This document shows positions 7,923 to 15,914 of a stretch of DNA of 64,000 nucleotides, piece after piece; position 1 is the stretch's first letter; every line of letters begins with the position of its first letter. The stretch is from a virus (lineage: Duplodnaviria > Caudoviricetes), in the IMG/VR virus record IMGVR_UViG_3300021387_001666, positions 44,189 to 108,188 of that record; one strand, 5' to 3'. A program made the translations under genes and the position numbers. A model generated the notes under the pieces. The model made no database searches and was not told where the DNA came from. It was given only the letters and a program-made list of their open reading frames with translations.

Positions 7923-10328
7923 ATGGCATATAGTGCAATAGGAGGTTTTCCTCCTCAACAGTTAAGCTTCAGCAGGAAGAATAAGGCATGGAGGGTAAAA
8001 TGTGTGGACTTTGCAGATGACCACAGCATTATGAGGAACCATGCTGCAGGAAAGTCATGGTATAACATGATGATAAACTATGACCTCATCAATGGAAAGA
8101 TACACATGTCTGACATTAAGGCTGTAGTAAATCCCTTTGGACTTGATGCATCTTTTATTCCAGATAATATTCAGCATTATTCAGTTATTAACCCAAAGCT
8201 GAATGTGCTTAGGGGTGAGGAAAGTGAAAGACTGTTTGATCCAAGACTGGTAGTTACTAATCCTACAGCCATCAGTGAGATGGAAGAGGAAAAGAATAAA
8301 CAGGTGAATGCAAGGCTCCAGCAGCTTATTATGGATACCTCCCAGAGTGAAGAGGAGTTTCAGCAGCAACTTCAAAAGCTGGATGACTACTTTAACTATG
8401 AGTATCAGGACAAAAGGGAAATCAGAGGTAATCTGTTTCTCAGTCACTACTCAAGAGAGCTGGAATTTTCCCAGAAGTTCAATAAAGGCTTTGTGGATGC
8501 CTACACTGTAGGAGAGGAGATTTATCAGTGTGATATTGTAGGAGGAGAACCAACTCTTGAAAAGATAAGACCTATGGAGCTTGGTATTATCAGAAGTGGT
8601 GACTCTGACAGGATAGAAGATGCAGATATGCTTATCCTTCAGAGATATAAGAGTCCAGGCTGGGTAATAGATGCTTATTGGGATCAGTTATCCAAGAAAG
8701 ACATCGAGAGGATAGAGGAGGGTAGTAATGGTGAATACAGCGGTTGGAAGGATTCTATGGATAACATAGATGCAAGACCAGGCAATCCATTAGTACCTGT
8801 ACCTTGTGACTGGCAGGCAGGAGACAGCCATATCAATGCCAGTGAGCTCTTTAATGATGATAACTATACCAATATGACTCCCTATGACATTAATGGTAAT
8901 GTCAGAGTATTGACAGTCTATTGGAAGTCAAGAAGAAAAATCAAGAAAGTAAAAAGCTATAATCCTGAGACAGGTGAAGAAGAGTTCAACTTCTATCCAG
9001 AGACCTATCATTGTGATCCCATGAAGGGAGAGGAAGAGCAGATATTCTGGATTAATGAGGCATGGGAGGGCACTAAGATAGCAGAAGACATCTATGTCAA
9101 CATGAGGCCCAGACCTATACAATATAATAGGTTAAGCAATCCTTCTGTATGCCATTTTGGAATTGTAGGAAGTATCTATTCTATTAATGGTGATGAGCCC
9201 TATTCACTGGTAGATGCAGTAAAGCCTGATGCATACTTCTATGATATTGTCAGGGATAAGCTGATTAAGCTTATTTCCAAGAATATGGGCAAGTTGGCAA
9301 GAATGGACTTTGCCAAGATACCCAAAGGATGGGATATAGATAAATGGCTATATTTTGCCACTGTCAATGGTATAGCTGTTGAGGATAGCTTCAAGGAAGG
9401 AACAATAGGAGCCTCCACAGGTAAACTGGCAGCAGGACTTAACAATGCTTCCAATGGCGTTATAGATGTATCTTTAGGAAATGAGATACAATTCCACCTC
9501 AACCTACTTGAGTGGATAGCTAATAATATAGGTGAACTGGCTGGTATCTCAAGACAGAGAGAAGGACAGATAAGTAACAGAGAAACTGTAGGTGGTGTTG
9601 AAAGGGCAACCCTTCAGTCAAGCCATATTACCAAATGGCTATTCTTTATTCATGACAGTGTAAAGAAGAGAGCTATCGAATGTTTCCTTGAGACAGCTAA
9701 GATAGCCTATAAAGGCAGAAAAATTAAGTTTAACTACCTACAGCCTGATGGTAGCAGGAAACTTGTTGAGATAGATGGTGATGAGTTTGCAGAATGTGAC
9801 TATGGTCTTGTAGTAGATACTGGTAATGATGTGCAGGAGCTTATGCAGAACCTTGGACAGCTTGCACAGGCAGGTCTTCAGAATGACAAGATGAACTTCT
9901 CTACCCTGATTAAGATTTATCTCACCAAGAGTCCTACAGAGAAGCAGAGACTTATTGAAAGATATGAGCAGAAAGTGGAGGAACAACAGAGGCAAGCTCA
10001 GCAGCAACAGCAGCAGCAGTTTGAGCAGCAGTTACAGCAGCAGGCTCAGCTTGAACAGGCTAAGATGGATAGAGAATATCAGATGCATCAGGAGAAGCTC
10101 CAGAATAACATCCTTACTTCTGAAATTGCATCTCAGGCAGAGGCTCAAAGATTTGCCATGATGAATCATGATAATGATGAAGCCAATGACATTGAGAGAG
10201 AGAAGATAGCTGAGAATGCAAGACAATTTGATGCTAAATTGAAACTGGATACTAAGAAGCAGGCTGATGATGCAAGACTCAAGGAGAAACAAATTCAAGT
10301 GACCAAGCAGAAAGCCATTAATAAATAG
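7923..10328 (+). CDS. Portal protein, crAss-like
   Basis: ~800 aa; FPPQQLSFSRKNKAWR start, WINEAWEGTKI, GISRQREGQISNRETVGGVERA, Q-rich coiled C-terminus typical of crAss portals. Confidence 0.9.
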   Translation: MAYSAIGGFPPQQLSFSRKNKAWRVKCVDFADDHSIMRNHAAGKSWYNMMINYDLINGKIHMSDIKAVVNPFGLDASFIPDNIQHYSVINPKLNVLRGEESERLFDPRLVVTNPTAISEMEEEKNKQVNARLQQLIMDTSQSEEEFQQQLQKLDDYFNYEYQDKREIRGNLFLSHYSRELEFSQKFNKGFVDAYTVGEEIYQCDIVGGEPTLEKIRPMELGIIRSGDSDRIEDADMLILQRYKSPGWVIDAYWDQLSKKDIERIEEGSNGEYSGWKDSMDNIDARPGNPLVPVPCDWQAGDSHINASELFNDDNYTNMTPYDINGNVRVLTVYWKSRRKIKKVKSYNPETGEEEFNFYPETYHCDPMKGEEEQIFWINEAWEGTKIAEDIYVNMRPRPIQYNRLSNPSVCHFGIVGSIYSINGDEPYSLVDAVKPDAYFYDIVRDKLIKLISKNMGKLARMDFAKIPKGWDIDKWLYFATVNGIAVEDSFKEGTIGASTGKLAAGLNNASNGVIDVSLGNEIQFHLNLLEWIANNIGELAGISRQREGQISNRETVGGVERATLQSSHITKWLFFIHDSVKKRAIECFLETAKIAYKGRKIKFNYLQPDGSRKLVEIDGDEFAECDYGLVVDTGNDVQELMQNLGQLAQAGLQNDKMNFSTLIKIYLTKSPTEKQRLIERYEQKVEEQQRQAQQQQQQQFEQQLQQQAQLEQAKMDREYQMHQEKLQNNILTSEIASQAEAQRFAMMNHDNDEANDIEREKIAENARQFDAKLKLDTKKQADDARLKEKQIQVTKQKAINK

Positions 10329-10350
10329 TTTTCGTAACAAGTAGTTTTCA

Positions 10351-10385
10351 AGCCCATTAACTCACTGATAGTTAGTGGGTTTTTT
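10351..10385 (+). terminator. Intrinsic terminator after portal
   Basis: agcccattaact...agttagtgggt plus T tract. Confidence 0.8.
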
Positions 10386-10425
10386 GTGTGTATGGGTATT
10401 GTTTGAACTCCCCCTTTAATCTCCC

Positions 10426-10435
10426 TATCTTTGCA
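10426..10435 (+). promoter_or_regulatory. -7 promoter element TATCTTTGCA for the six-gene operon
   Basis: Exact motif, with TTTG ~20 nt upstream. Confidence 0.75.
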
Positions 10436-10490
10436 GTGTCTTTGCAAGGATAAAACAATAAGTTTAACCAATTAAATATTTAAGATTATT

Positions 10491-11474
10491 ATGGGAGAAA
10501 ATGGAGTTTTCGTATTCCCTGATGCAGCTACAAGAGATGCATCAAGTATAGACCCAAACCTTTTGCTTGCTCTTCAGAACAATGGAGGCTTTGGTGGCAA
10601 TGGTAGTTGGATTTGGATTCTGTTCCTTTGGATGATGTGGCAGAATGGTGGCTACAATGGTTTTAGGAATAATGGTGGTAGCTTTGCAGACCTGAGTGCC
10701 CAGCTGAATGGCAATGAGGGCAGACAGTATCTTGCTGAGATTATGAATGGCAGGTTTGATAACCTTGGTCAACTGGCTCAGATTGTGAATACCAGTGTCG
10801 AGACTGTGAAGAGTGGTATCTTCAGCTTGCAGAATGCCATTACTCAGGTAGGTTCACAGGTAGGTATGAGTGGCTTACAGGTTCAGAATGCTATCCAGGC
10901 AGGTAATGCAGCCCTGAGTCAGCAGCTCTGTAACTGTTGCTGCGAGAATAGGCTTGCTATTTGCAGCCAGACTAATGCGCTTCAGAGTACTATGGCTGCT
11001 AACCATGCTGCTGCTACTCTTCAGGCTGCTCAGAACCAAGCTGCTACTCAGCTTCAGATGGCTCAGATTGAGAGTGCAGATCAGCTGGCAGTATGTAAGC
11101 AAACTAATGAGTTATCTACACAAGCAGATAGGAATGCCAATACCATTCTCAATGCTATTGCAGGACAGAATACCCTTATTACCAAGGAGTTCTGTGACCT
11201 TAAGGAAAGGGAGCTTCAGAATAAGATTGATACTCAGGGAGACATTATCACCCAGCTGAGGGGCCAGATTAGCAATGACAGACAGACTGAAGCCTTCAAT
11301 GCAAGGTTTAATGCCCTTGAGAGTGCTTTCAATACTCTCGCTGCTAAGACTCCAAACACTGTACCTGTCCAATACCCTAATTTGGTGGCAGCCAATGCTA
11401 CTCCCTATGTAGGAGGCTATGGTTATCCTAACTATGGTGGTTGGGGTGCCTATAATGGTGGTGTAGTACTTTAA
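10491..11474 (+). CDS. Conserved hypothetical: Gly-rich segment, TM helix, long Q/A-rich coiled coil with CCC motif
   Basis: GGFGGNGSWIWILFLWMMW; LCNCCCENRLAIC; Gly/Tyr-rich tail. Confidence 0.8.
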   Translation: MGENGVFVFPDAATRDASSIDPNLLLALQNNGGFGGNGSWIWILFLWMMWQNGGYNGFRNNGGSFADLSAQLNGNEGRQYLAEIMNGRFDNLGQLAQIVNTSVETVKSGIFSLQNAITQVGSQVGMSGLQVQNAIQAGNAALSQQLCNCCCENRLAICSQTNALQSTMAANHAAATLQAAQNQAATQLQMAQIESADQLAVCKQTNELSTQADRNANTILNAIAGQNTLITKEFCDLKERELQNKIDTQGDIITQLRGQISNDRQTEAFNARFNALESAFNTLAAKTPNTVPVQYPNLVAANATPYVGGYGYPNYGGWGAYNGGVVL

Positions 11475-11498
11475 TAATAAGGAAATAGGAGGTTAAGT

Positions 11499-11837
11499 AT
11501 GAGTTGTTGTAATAAAATAATAGCAACTAACGCTGGTGGTATTCCTTATTTTGAAAGTACCAATACCACAATAGGTACTGAGAACATCAATATAGCTCTT
11601 GGTGTGCGCAGAATACAGCCTGTAGGATATATAACTGTAATTATCAGCAATGTTATACCTACTGATACTACTGCAACACTTCCAGTCAATCTTACCCTGA
11701 ATGATGTTACCAAGCCTTTGACTTTGCCAAATGGCACACCAGTAACAGCAGCAGAGTTGCTGAATGTAAGTAACATACTTGTATTCAATGACAGGACTAA
11801 TGGACTACTGACATTGATGTCTCGCACAATAGCTTAG
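11499..11837 (+). CDS. Hypothetical beta-rich protein
   Basis: 112-aa ORF, co-oriented in operon. Confidence 0.75.
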   Translation: MSCCNKIIATNAGGIPYFESTNTTIGTENINIALGVRRIQPVGYITVIISNVIPTDTTATLPVNLTLNDVTKPLTLPNGTPVTAAELLNVSNILVFNDRTNGLLTLMSRTIA

Positions 11838-11862
11838 TATTAATTTTCAAAAGTAATTAACT

Positions 11863-12342
11863 ATGTTTTCAAGTTTAAGCAGGGGAAGTATTCTACAAGG
11901 AGTAGACAGAACTGATGGAATGAAGTGGTTCACAGGTTCTGTAGAGAGTGTTATGCCTTCCATGAACAATCAGTTTCCTTATGTCAATGTAGACATTATA
12001 GCAAATGTCAATGGCAAACAGAGACAGTTTAGGGGAGTACATAACAATGAGAGTATTGCTGATTTTGGTAATGACTCTGTTATCATAGCAGATAACAAGG
12101 ACACACTTTACAACTATGTAAAGTCTCTTCTGAAGGTCAGTGAAGATGCTGTTAATCCTGATAATATCAAGAAACACAAGGAATGGATACCTCAGTATAA
12201 GAGTGTTCTTTCTGAAATGTTTCCAGGTTCTACCAGCAATGATGAAGTCAAGGAGCTTAAGGAGGAGGTCAGCAGCTTGAAGTCTCAGCTTGCGGAAGCT
12301 ATCTCCCTGCTTAAGCAAGGAAACACTAAAACAACAGAATAA
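11863..12342 (+). CDS. Hypothetical protein with C-terminal coiled coil
   Basis: 159-aa ORF in operon. Confidence 0.75.
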   Translation: MFSSLSRGSILQGVDRTDGMKWFTGSVESVMPSMNNQFPYVNVDIIANVNGKQRQFRGVHNNESIADFGNDSVIIADNKDTLYNYVKSLLKVSEDAVNPDNIKKHKEWIPQYKSVLSEMFPGSTSNDEVKELKEEVSSLKSQLAEAISLLKQGNTKTTE

Positions 12343-12344
12343 TT

Positions 12345-12563
12345 ATGGTAGTAATGTTTAAGATGACTCCTGAAAAGAAGGAGAAATTTAGCAAGAAGAT
12401 AGACAAGATGATGGACTTCCTTGAGGAGTTCAAAGAGTGTCTGGAGGATTCTGAGGACTATGATGAAGAGGAGTATGAGGAGCCTATGTATCGTGGTGGC
12501 AGTATGTCAAGACGTGGTGGTTCTTTTATGAGAAGCCGTTATAGCCGTAGGGATGGAATGTAA
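12345..12563 (+). CDS. Small protein with acidic middle and Arg/Gly-rich tail
   Basis: EDSEDYDEEEYEE then YRGG...RRGG...RSRYSRR. Confidence 0.75.
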   Translation: MVVMFKMTPEKKEKFSKKIDKMMDFLEEFKECLEDSEDYDEEEYEEPMYRGGSMSRRGGSFMRSRYSRRDGM

Positions 12564-12575
12564 TTCATAACTGTT

Positions 12576-12611
12576 GGGGTCTGTAGGTCTTAAGGTTTGC
12601 AGACCCCTTTT
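12576..12611 (+). terminator. Internal terminator/attenuator hairpin
   Basis: ggggtctgtag...ttgcagacccc plus tttt. Confidence 0.7.
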
Positions 12612-12626
12612 AAAATAACAAAGACT

Positions 12627-13049
12627 ATGTATCATAAAGAAATGGGAGGCTATGATGATATTCCTGAGGGAATGAAGATATACATCAATAACTATGGTTG
12701 TCACTTCAGCAAGAAGCTCTATGAGGAAGCAGCTAGTAGAATGTATACCAAGTCTGGAGTCAAGAAGGAGCATATCCCTCCATATACCAGAGAAGAGGTA
12801 GACAGGATGCTGGATAAGTATGGTATCAAGCTCAATAGGAATAAGCTGTATGACCATTGTTATGTTGCTTCCATGTGTGCAAATGATTTCTTGGGTAAGT
12901 CTGTTCCTGACGAAGCTCACATGGCACAGTTCATTAAGGATATGATTGATGACCCTGATGCTACTGAGGGCTTCATCTTCAACCGATTTATTGGCGATTG
13001 CTACTTCATGAACAATCCTATTGAATGGGAAGACATACTGGATGATTAG
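12627..13049 (+). CDS. Conserved hypothetical helical protein
   Basis: YGCHFSKKL...YVASMCANDF...DDPD; start moved to ATG 12627. Confidence 0.75.
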   Translation: MYHKEMGGYDDIPEGMKIYINNYGCHFSKKLYEEAASRMYTKSGVKKEHIPPYTREEVDRMLDKYGIKLNRNKLYDHCYVASMCANDFLGKSVPDEAHMAQFIKDMIDDPDATEGFIFNRFIGDCYFMNNPIEWEDILDD

Positions 13050-13437
13050 GCAACATTTCTATGTTGAGCATTATTGGGAGGTCACTGTTTATTATGATTT
13101 AAACTTTGGCCTCTTTCAGTATATTGAAGAAGAACTGGCTGATATAGGATTTCTTTCTGAGGATATAGAGGATGTATTTTATGAGTTGGAGTTTGGAAAT
13201 GCCAAGGCTGTTACCTGTAGTAATCTCTACTATCATACCAGTATTATCCTCCTCTCTCCCCACATCTCTTCTAAAGACTATATAGATTCTATAGTCCATG
13301 AGGCAGAACATGTGAAACAAGCAATGCTTAAAGCCTATAAGATAGAGGATAGAGGAGAACCTCCTGCCTATACTATAGGTTATCTTATTAGCAGGATGTA
13401 TCCAGTTTTCAAAAGTATTATCTGTAATTGCAGATAG
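13042..13437 (+). CDS. Small zincin-like metallopeptidase
   Basis: SIVHEAEH (HExxH) and downstream E..AY..GY. Confidence 0.65.
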   Translation: MIRQHFYVEHYWEVTVYYDLNFGLFQYIEEELADIGFLSEDIEDVFYELEFGNAKAVTCSNLYYHTSIILLSPHISSKDYIDSIVHEAEHVKQAMLKAYKIEDRGEPPAYTIGYLISRMYPVFKSIICNCR

Positions 13438-13514
13438 TATTCACTTATCTTTCTGCTCTCTTTATTTGCAATTAGGATTTTATTTAGCATTTCTCTAATC
13501 AACTATATAATAGC

Positions 13515-13524
13515 TATTTTTGCA
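13515..13524 (+). promoter_or_regulatory. -7 promoter element TATTTTTGCA for tail genes
   Basis: TAnnTTTG 15 nt upstream of ATG 13540. Confidence 0.7.
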
Positions 13525-13539
13525 AAAACTATTAATAGT

Positions 13540-14490
13540 ATGATTACAGATCGAGAGAAATATATAGGTGAATCCCCAATGAAGGACCAGCCTAATAAAC
13601 CCCTTAAGTTTAAGTTGGGAGATAGGGTTGTAAAGAACAGGCATCTTGATGATGACTCTGTAGCCTCCCGCAACCTCATGGATAGTGCTGTCACTCCAGA
13701 CAAGCTGAATGCTGCTGTCATGAACAGCCTTGTGCTGCCAGCTATCCATCGGATTACAGACCCTATCAACAAGGCTCTGGTAGAACTGAGGCAGCTTATA
13801 GGCTCCTATAACAAGCATGGAGTGGCAGTAAGTAATGAGTTTGGCACTGCTGAGGATATAGGCATCTCCCAGAAAGCACTCACAGATGCCATCAACAAGG
13901 TGTGGACAAAGCTGGAGGATATTACAGGAGAGCCTTATACAGGTATTAACATGACTATCTCTCCCAAGTATTTCATCAGTGAAGATGGTGCTTCTGTACA
14001 TATCCAGGCAAGGACAGCAGAGGCCAATGGAGTGTTTGAGAAGATTTCCTTCTATGTGAATGGTTCCCTTGTCATAGAGGAAGAAAACACAGACTACTAT
14101 GAGGGAGATATTGAGCTTACAGAGACCAGTGTGATTAAATGTGTTGCCAAGATTATGGGTATTGAATATAAGAGGGAAGATATAGTTACTCACTACAACA
14201 GCTTCTGGATTGGAGCAGGAGCCTCCTATGCAGACATCATGGATGTAGAGCATGTCATCCCCATTACAGATGGTATGCGAGGTTCTTATGATGTCACTTG
14301 TGCAGACAGTGACCATATTATCATTGTTATGGCAGAGAGCATGAGGCCTGAGTTCATCAGGGCAGATATGAACAGCTTCGAGATTCCCTTTGAAGAGACT
14401 ACTGTCACTATCGACAATAAGAACTATAGTGTGTTTACTTCAAGGAATACTTATGAGGCTGGAACATATAATATTGATATTAACGGATAA
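13540..14490 (+). CDS. Putative tail/structural fibre protein with Ig-like C-terminal domains
   Basis: SAVTPDKL and ISQKALT fibre-type motifs; beta-rich C-terminus. Confidence 0.55.
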   Translation: MITDREKYIGESPMKDQPNKPLKFKLGDRVVKNRHLDDDSVASRNLMDSAVTPDKLNAAVMNSLVLPAIHRITDPINKALVELRQLIGSYNKHGVAVSNEFGTAEDIGISQKALTDAINKVWTKLEDITGEPYTGINMTISPKYFISEDGASVHIQARTAEANGVFEKISFYVNGSLVIEEENTDYYEGDIELTETSVIKCVAKIMGIEYKREDIVTHYNSFWIGAGASYADIMDVEHVIPITDGMRGSYDVTCADSDHIIIVMAESMRPEFIRADMNSFEIPFEETTVTIDNKNYSVFTSRNTYEAGTYNIDING

Positions 14491-14502
14491 AATAATACAG
14501 CT

Positions 14503-15036
14503 ATGTATAACAATATTAATGTAAATGTCAGTGGGCCTATTCAGCCTACAGCTACATATAAGACTAAGGTTCTTAAAGGTAATCATTCCTTTGCTTCTCA
14601 GGTTACTGAGCCTAATATGAAGTATGTCATCAAGCATGACTTTGTGCTAGATGGAGATGTTACTATTCCTGAGAATTGTATATTAGAATTTGATGGGGGT
14701 AGTATTATTGGTGAGTATACTATTACTTGCCAAGATACAATATTCATTTTTGCACAGAATGAGGATGATGTGTTTGTGGGTGTTACATTAAATGGTATTT
14801 TTAAGAAACGTAGTGGTAGTTATAATGACCTTGAAAATAAGCCTGTAATTCCTGTAATACCTGCCAATGTTTCTGCTTTTAATAACGACGTAAATTATCA
14901 AGTTGTGACAGCTGGAACTACTGAAGAAAGACCAACTAATGTTATTATAGGATTTTGTTATTTTGACACAACTCTTAACAAGCCTATTTGGTGGACTGGT
15001 ACTGCATGGGTAGATGCAACAGGTCAAACAGTCTAA
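14503..15036 (+). CDS. Putative tail-fibre-related protein
   Basis: TIPENCILEFDGGSI and C-terminal GTTEERP...YFDTTLNKPIWWTG...WVDATG motifs seen in Bacteroidota phage fibres. Confidence 0.6.
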   Translation: MYNNINVNVSGPIQPTATYKTKVLKGNHSFASQVTEPNMKYVIKHDFVLDGDVTIPENCILEFDGGSIIGEYTITCQDTIFIFAQNEDDVFVGVTLNGIFKKRSGSYNDLENKPVIPVIPANVSAFNNDVNYQVVTAGTTEERPTNVIIGFCYFDTTLNKPIWWTGTAWVDATGQTV

Positions 15037-15046
15037 ACTCTAAGTT

Positions 15047-15217
15047 ATGAACAAGCTATTCTATTTCCTAATGATATGCCTCTACCTCCTTGGAACAATA
15101 GGAGGTATTGGCAATGCTGTCTACAACAAGTCCTATCTCATTGCAGTAGGTGTGGCAGCTGTTGGTTATATGGCCTTTGGTAAGGTTAAAGATTATTTTG
15201 ATAAACTTATAAAATAA
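15047..15217 (+). CDS. Small two-TM membrane protein (56 aa), not in ORF track
   Basis: MNKLFYFLMICLYLLGTIGGIGNAVYNKSYLIAVGVAAVGYMAFGKVKDYFDKLIK fills the gap exactly. Confidence 0.7.
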   Translation: MNKLFYFLMICLYLLGTIGGIGNAVYNKSYLIAVGVAAVGYMAFGKVKDYFDKLIK

Positions 15218-15221
15218 TAAT

Positions 15222-15902
15222 ATGGCAAATAATGAATTTACAATTCCTATTCCTGCAAGACTAAAGAACGTGGCTAAAGGAGGCCATGTTGCAGGAGCGG
15301 ACCAAATAATAGATGATGAACTTGGACTTGAGCAGAGTGTTATCAACAAGGCTGTTTTTGGCAATGCTATAACTGTAGGTTTCAGTGCAAGTCCTGCTAC
15401 TATAAATGTTGGCAGTTCTACTGATGTTACCTTTACGGCTACAAGCACTAAGGTTGAAGCTACAAGCATAGTCATCAAGAAAGATAATGATATATTAAAG
15501 GAAGGTAGCGGTACTGTTTTAAATGCTACTGCTGCTGTTAATCCTATAGATGATGCAGGCAGCACATTCAAGGCTGAGTTTGCTATTGGTGGTCTGTCAA
15601 GGATTTCTACTCTTAGGACTATATTCTTTGGTTTCGGAGGTGCTGAATATTCTGATAATGTACTGAAGAAAGCAAGCTTGAAGTCTGGTGTTGGTGGAAC
15701 ATATACTGTGAATGTAACTGCTGCAAACAGCTATGTATGGTTTGTTGTTCCTAATAGCATGACTATTAGCAAGGCTACTAAGAGTGGGTTTAATTATCCT
15801 CTTGAATCTGCTCAGAATGTTACTGTCGGAGGTACTGCTTATAAGGCATACAGAACTAAGAATACATATGATGTGGGAAATGAAGTTGTTGTACTATCTT
15901 AA
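15222..15902 (+). CDS. Putative structural protein with Ig-like domains
   Basis: Thr/Val/Ala-rich beta protein; C-terminus resembles that of 13540-14490 (Y..N.Y..G). Confidence 0.6.
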   Translation: MANNEFTIPIPARLKNVAKGGHVAGADQIIDDELGLEQSVINKAVFGNAITVGFSASPATINVGSSTDVTFTATSTKVEATSIVIKKDNDILKEGSGTVLNATAAVNPIDDAGSTFKAEFAIGGLSRISTLRTIFFGFGGAEYSDNVLKKASLKSGVGGTYTVNVTAANSYVWFVVPNSMTISKATKSGFNYPLESAQNVTVGGTAYKAYRTKNTYDVGNEVVVLS

Positions 15903-15914
15903 ATTTGAAACATT

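Noticed and set aside
9980-10060. CAG-rich repeat
   Set aside because: Encodes the Gln-rich coiled tail of the portal; not a separate element
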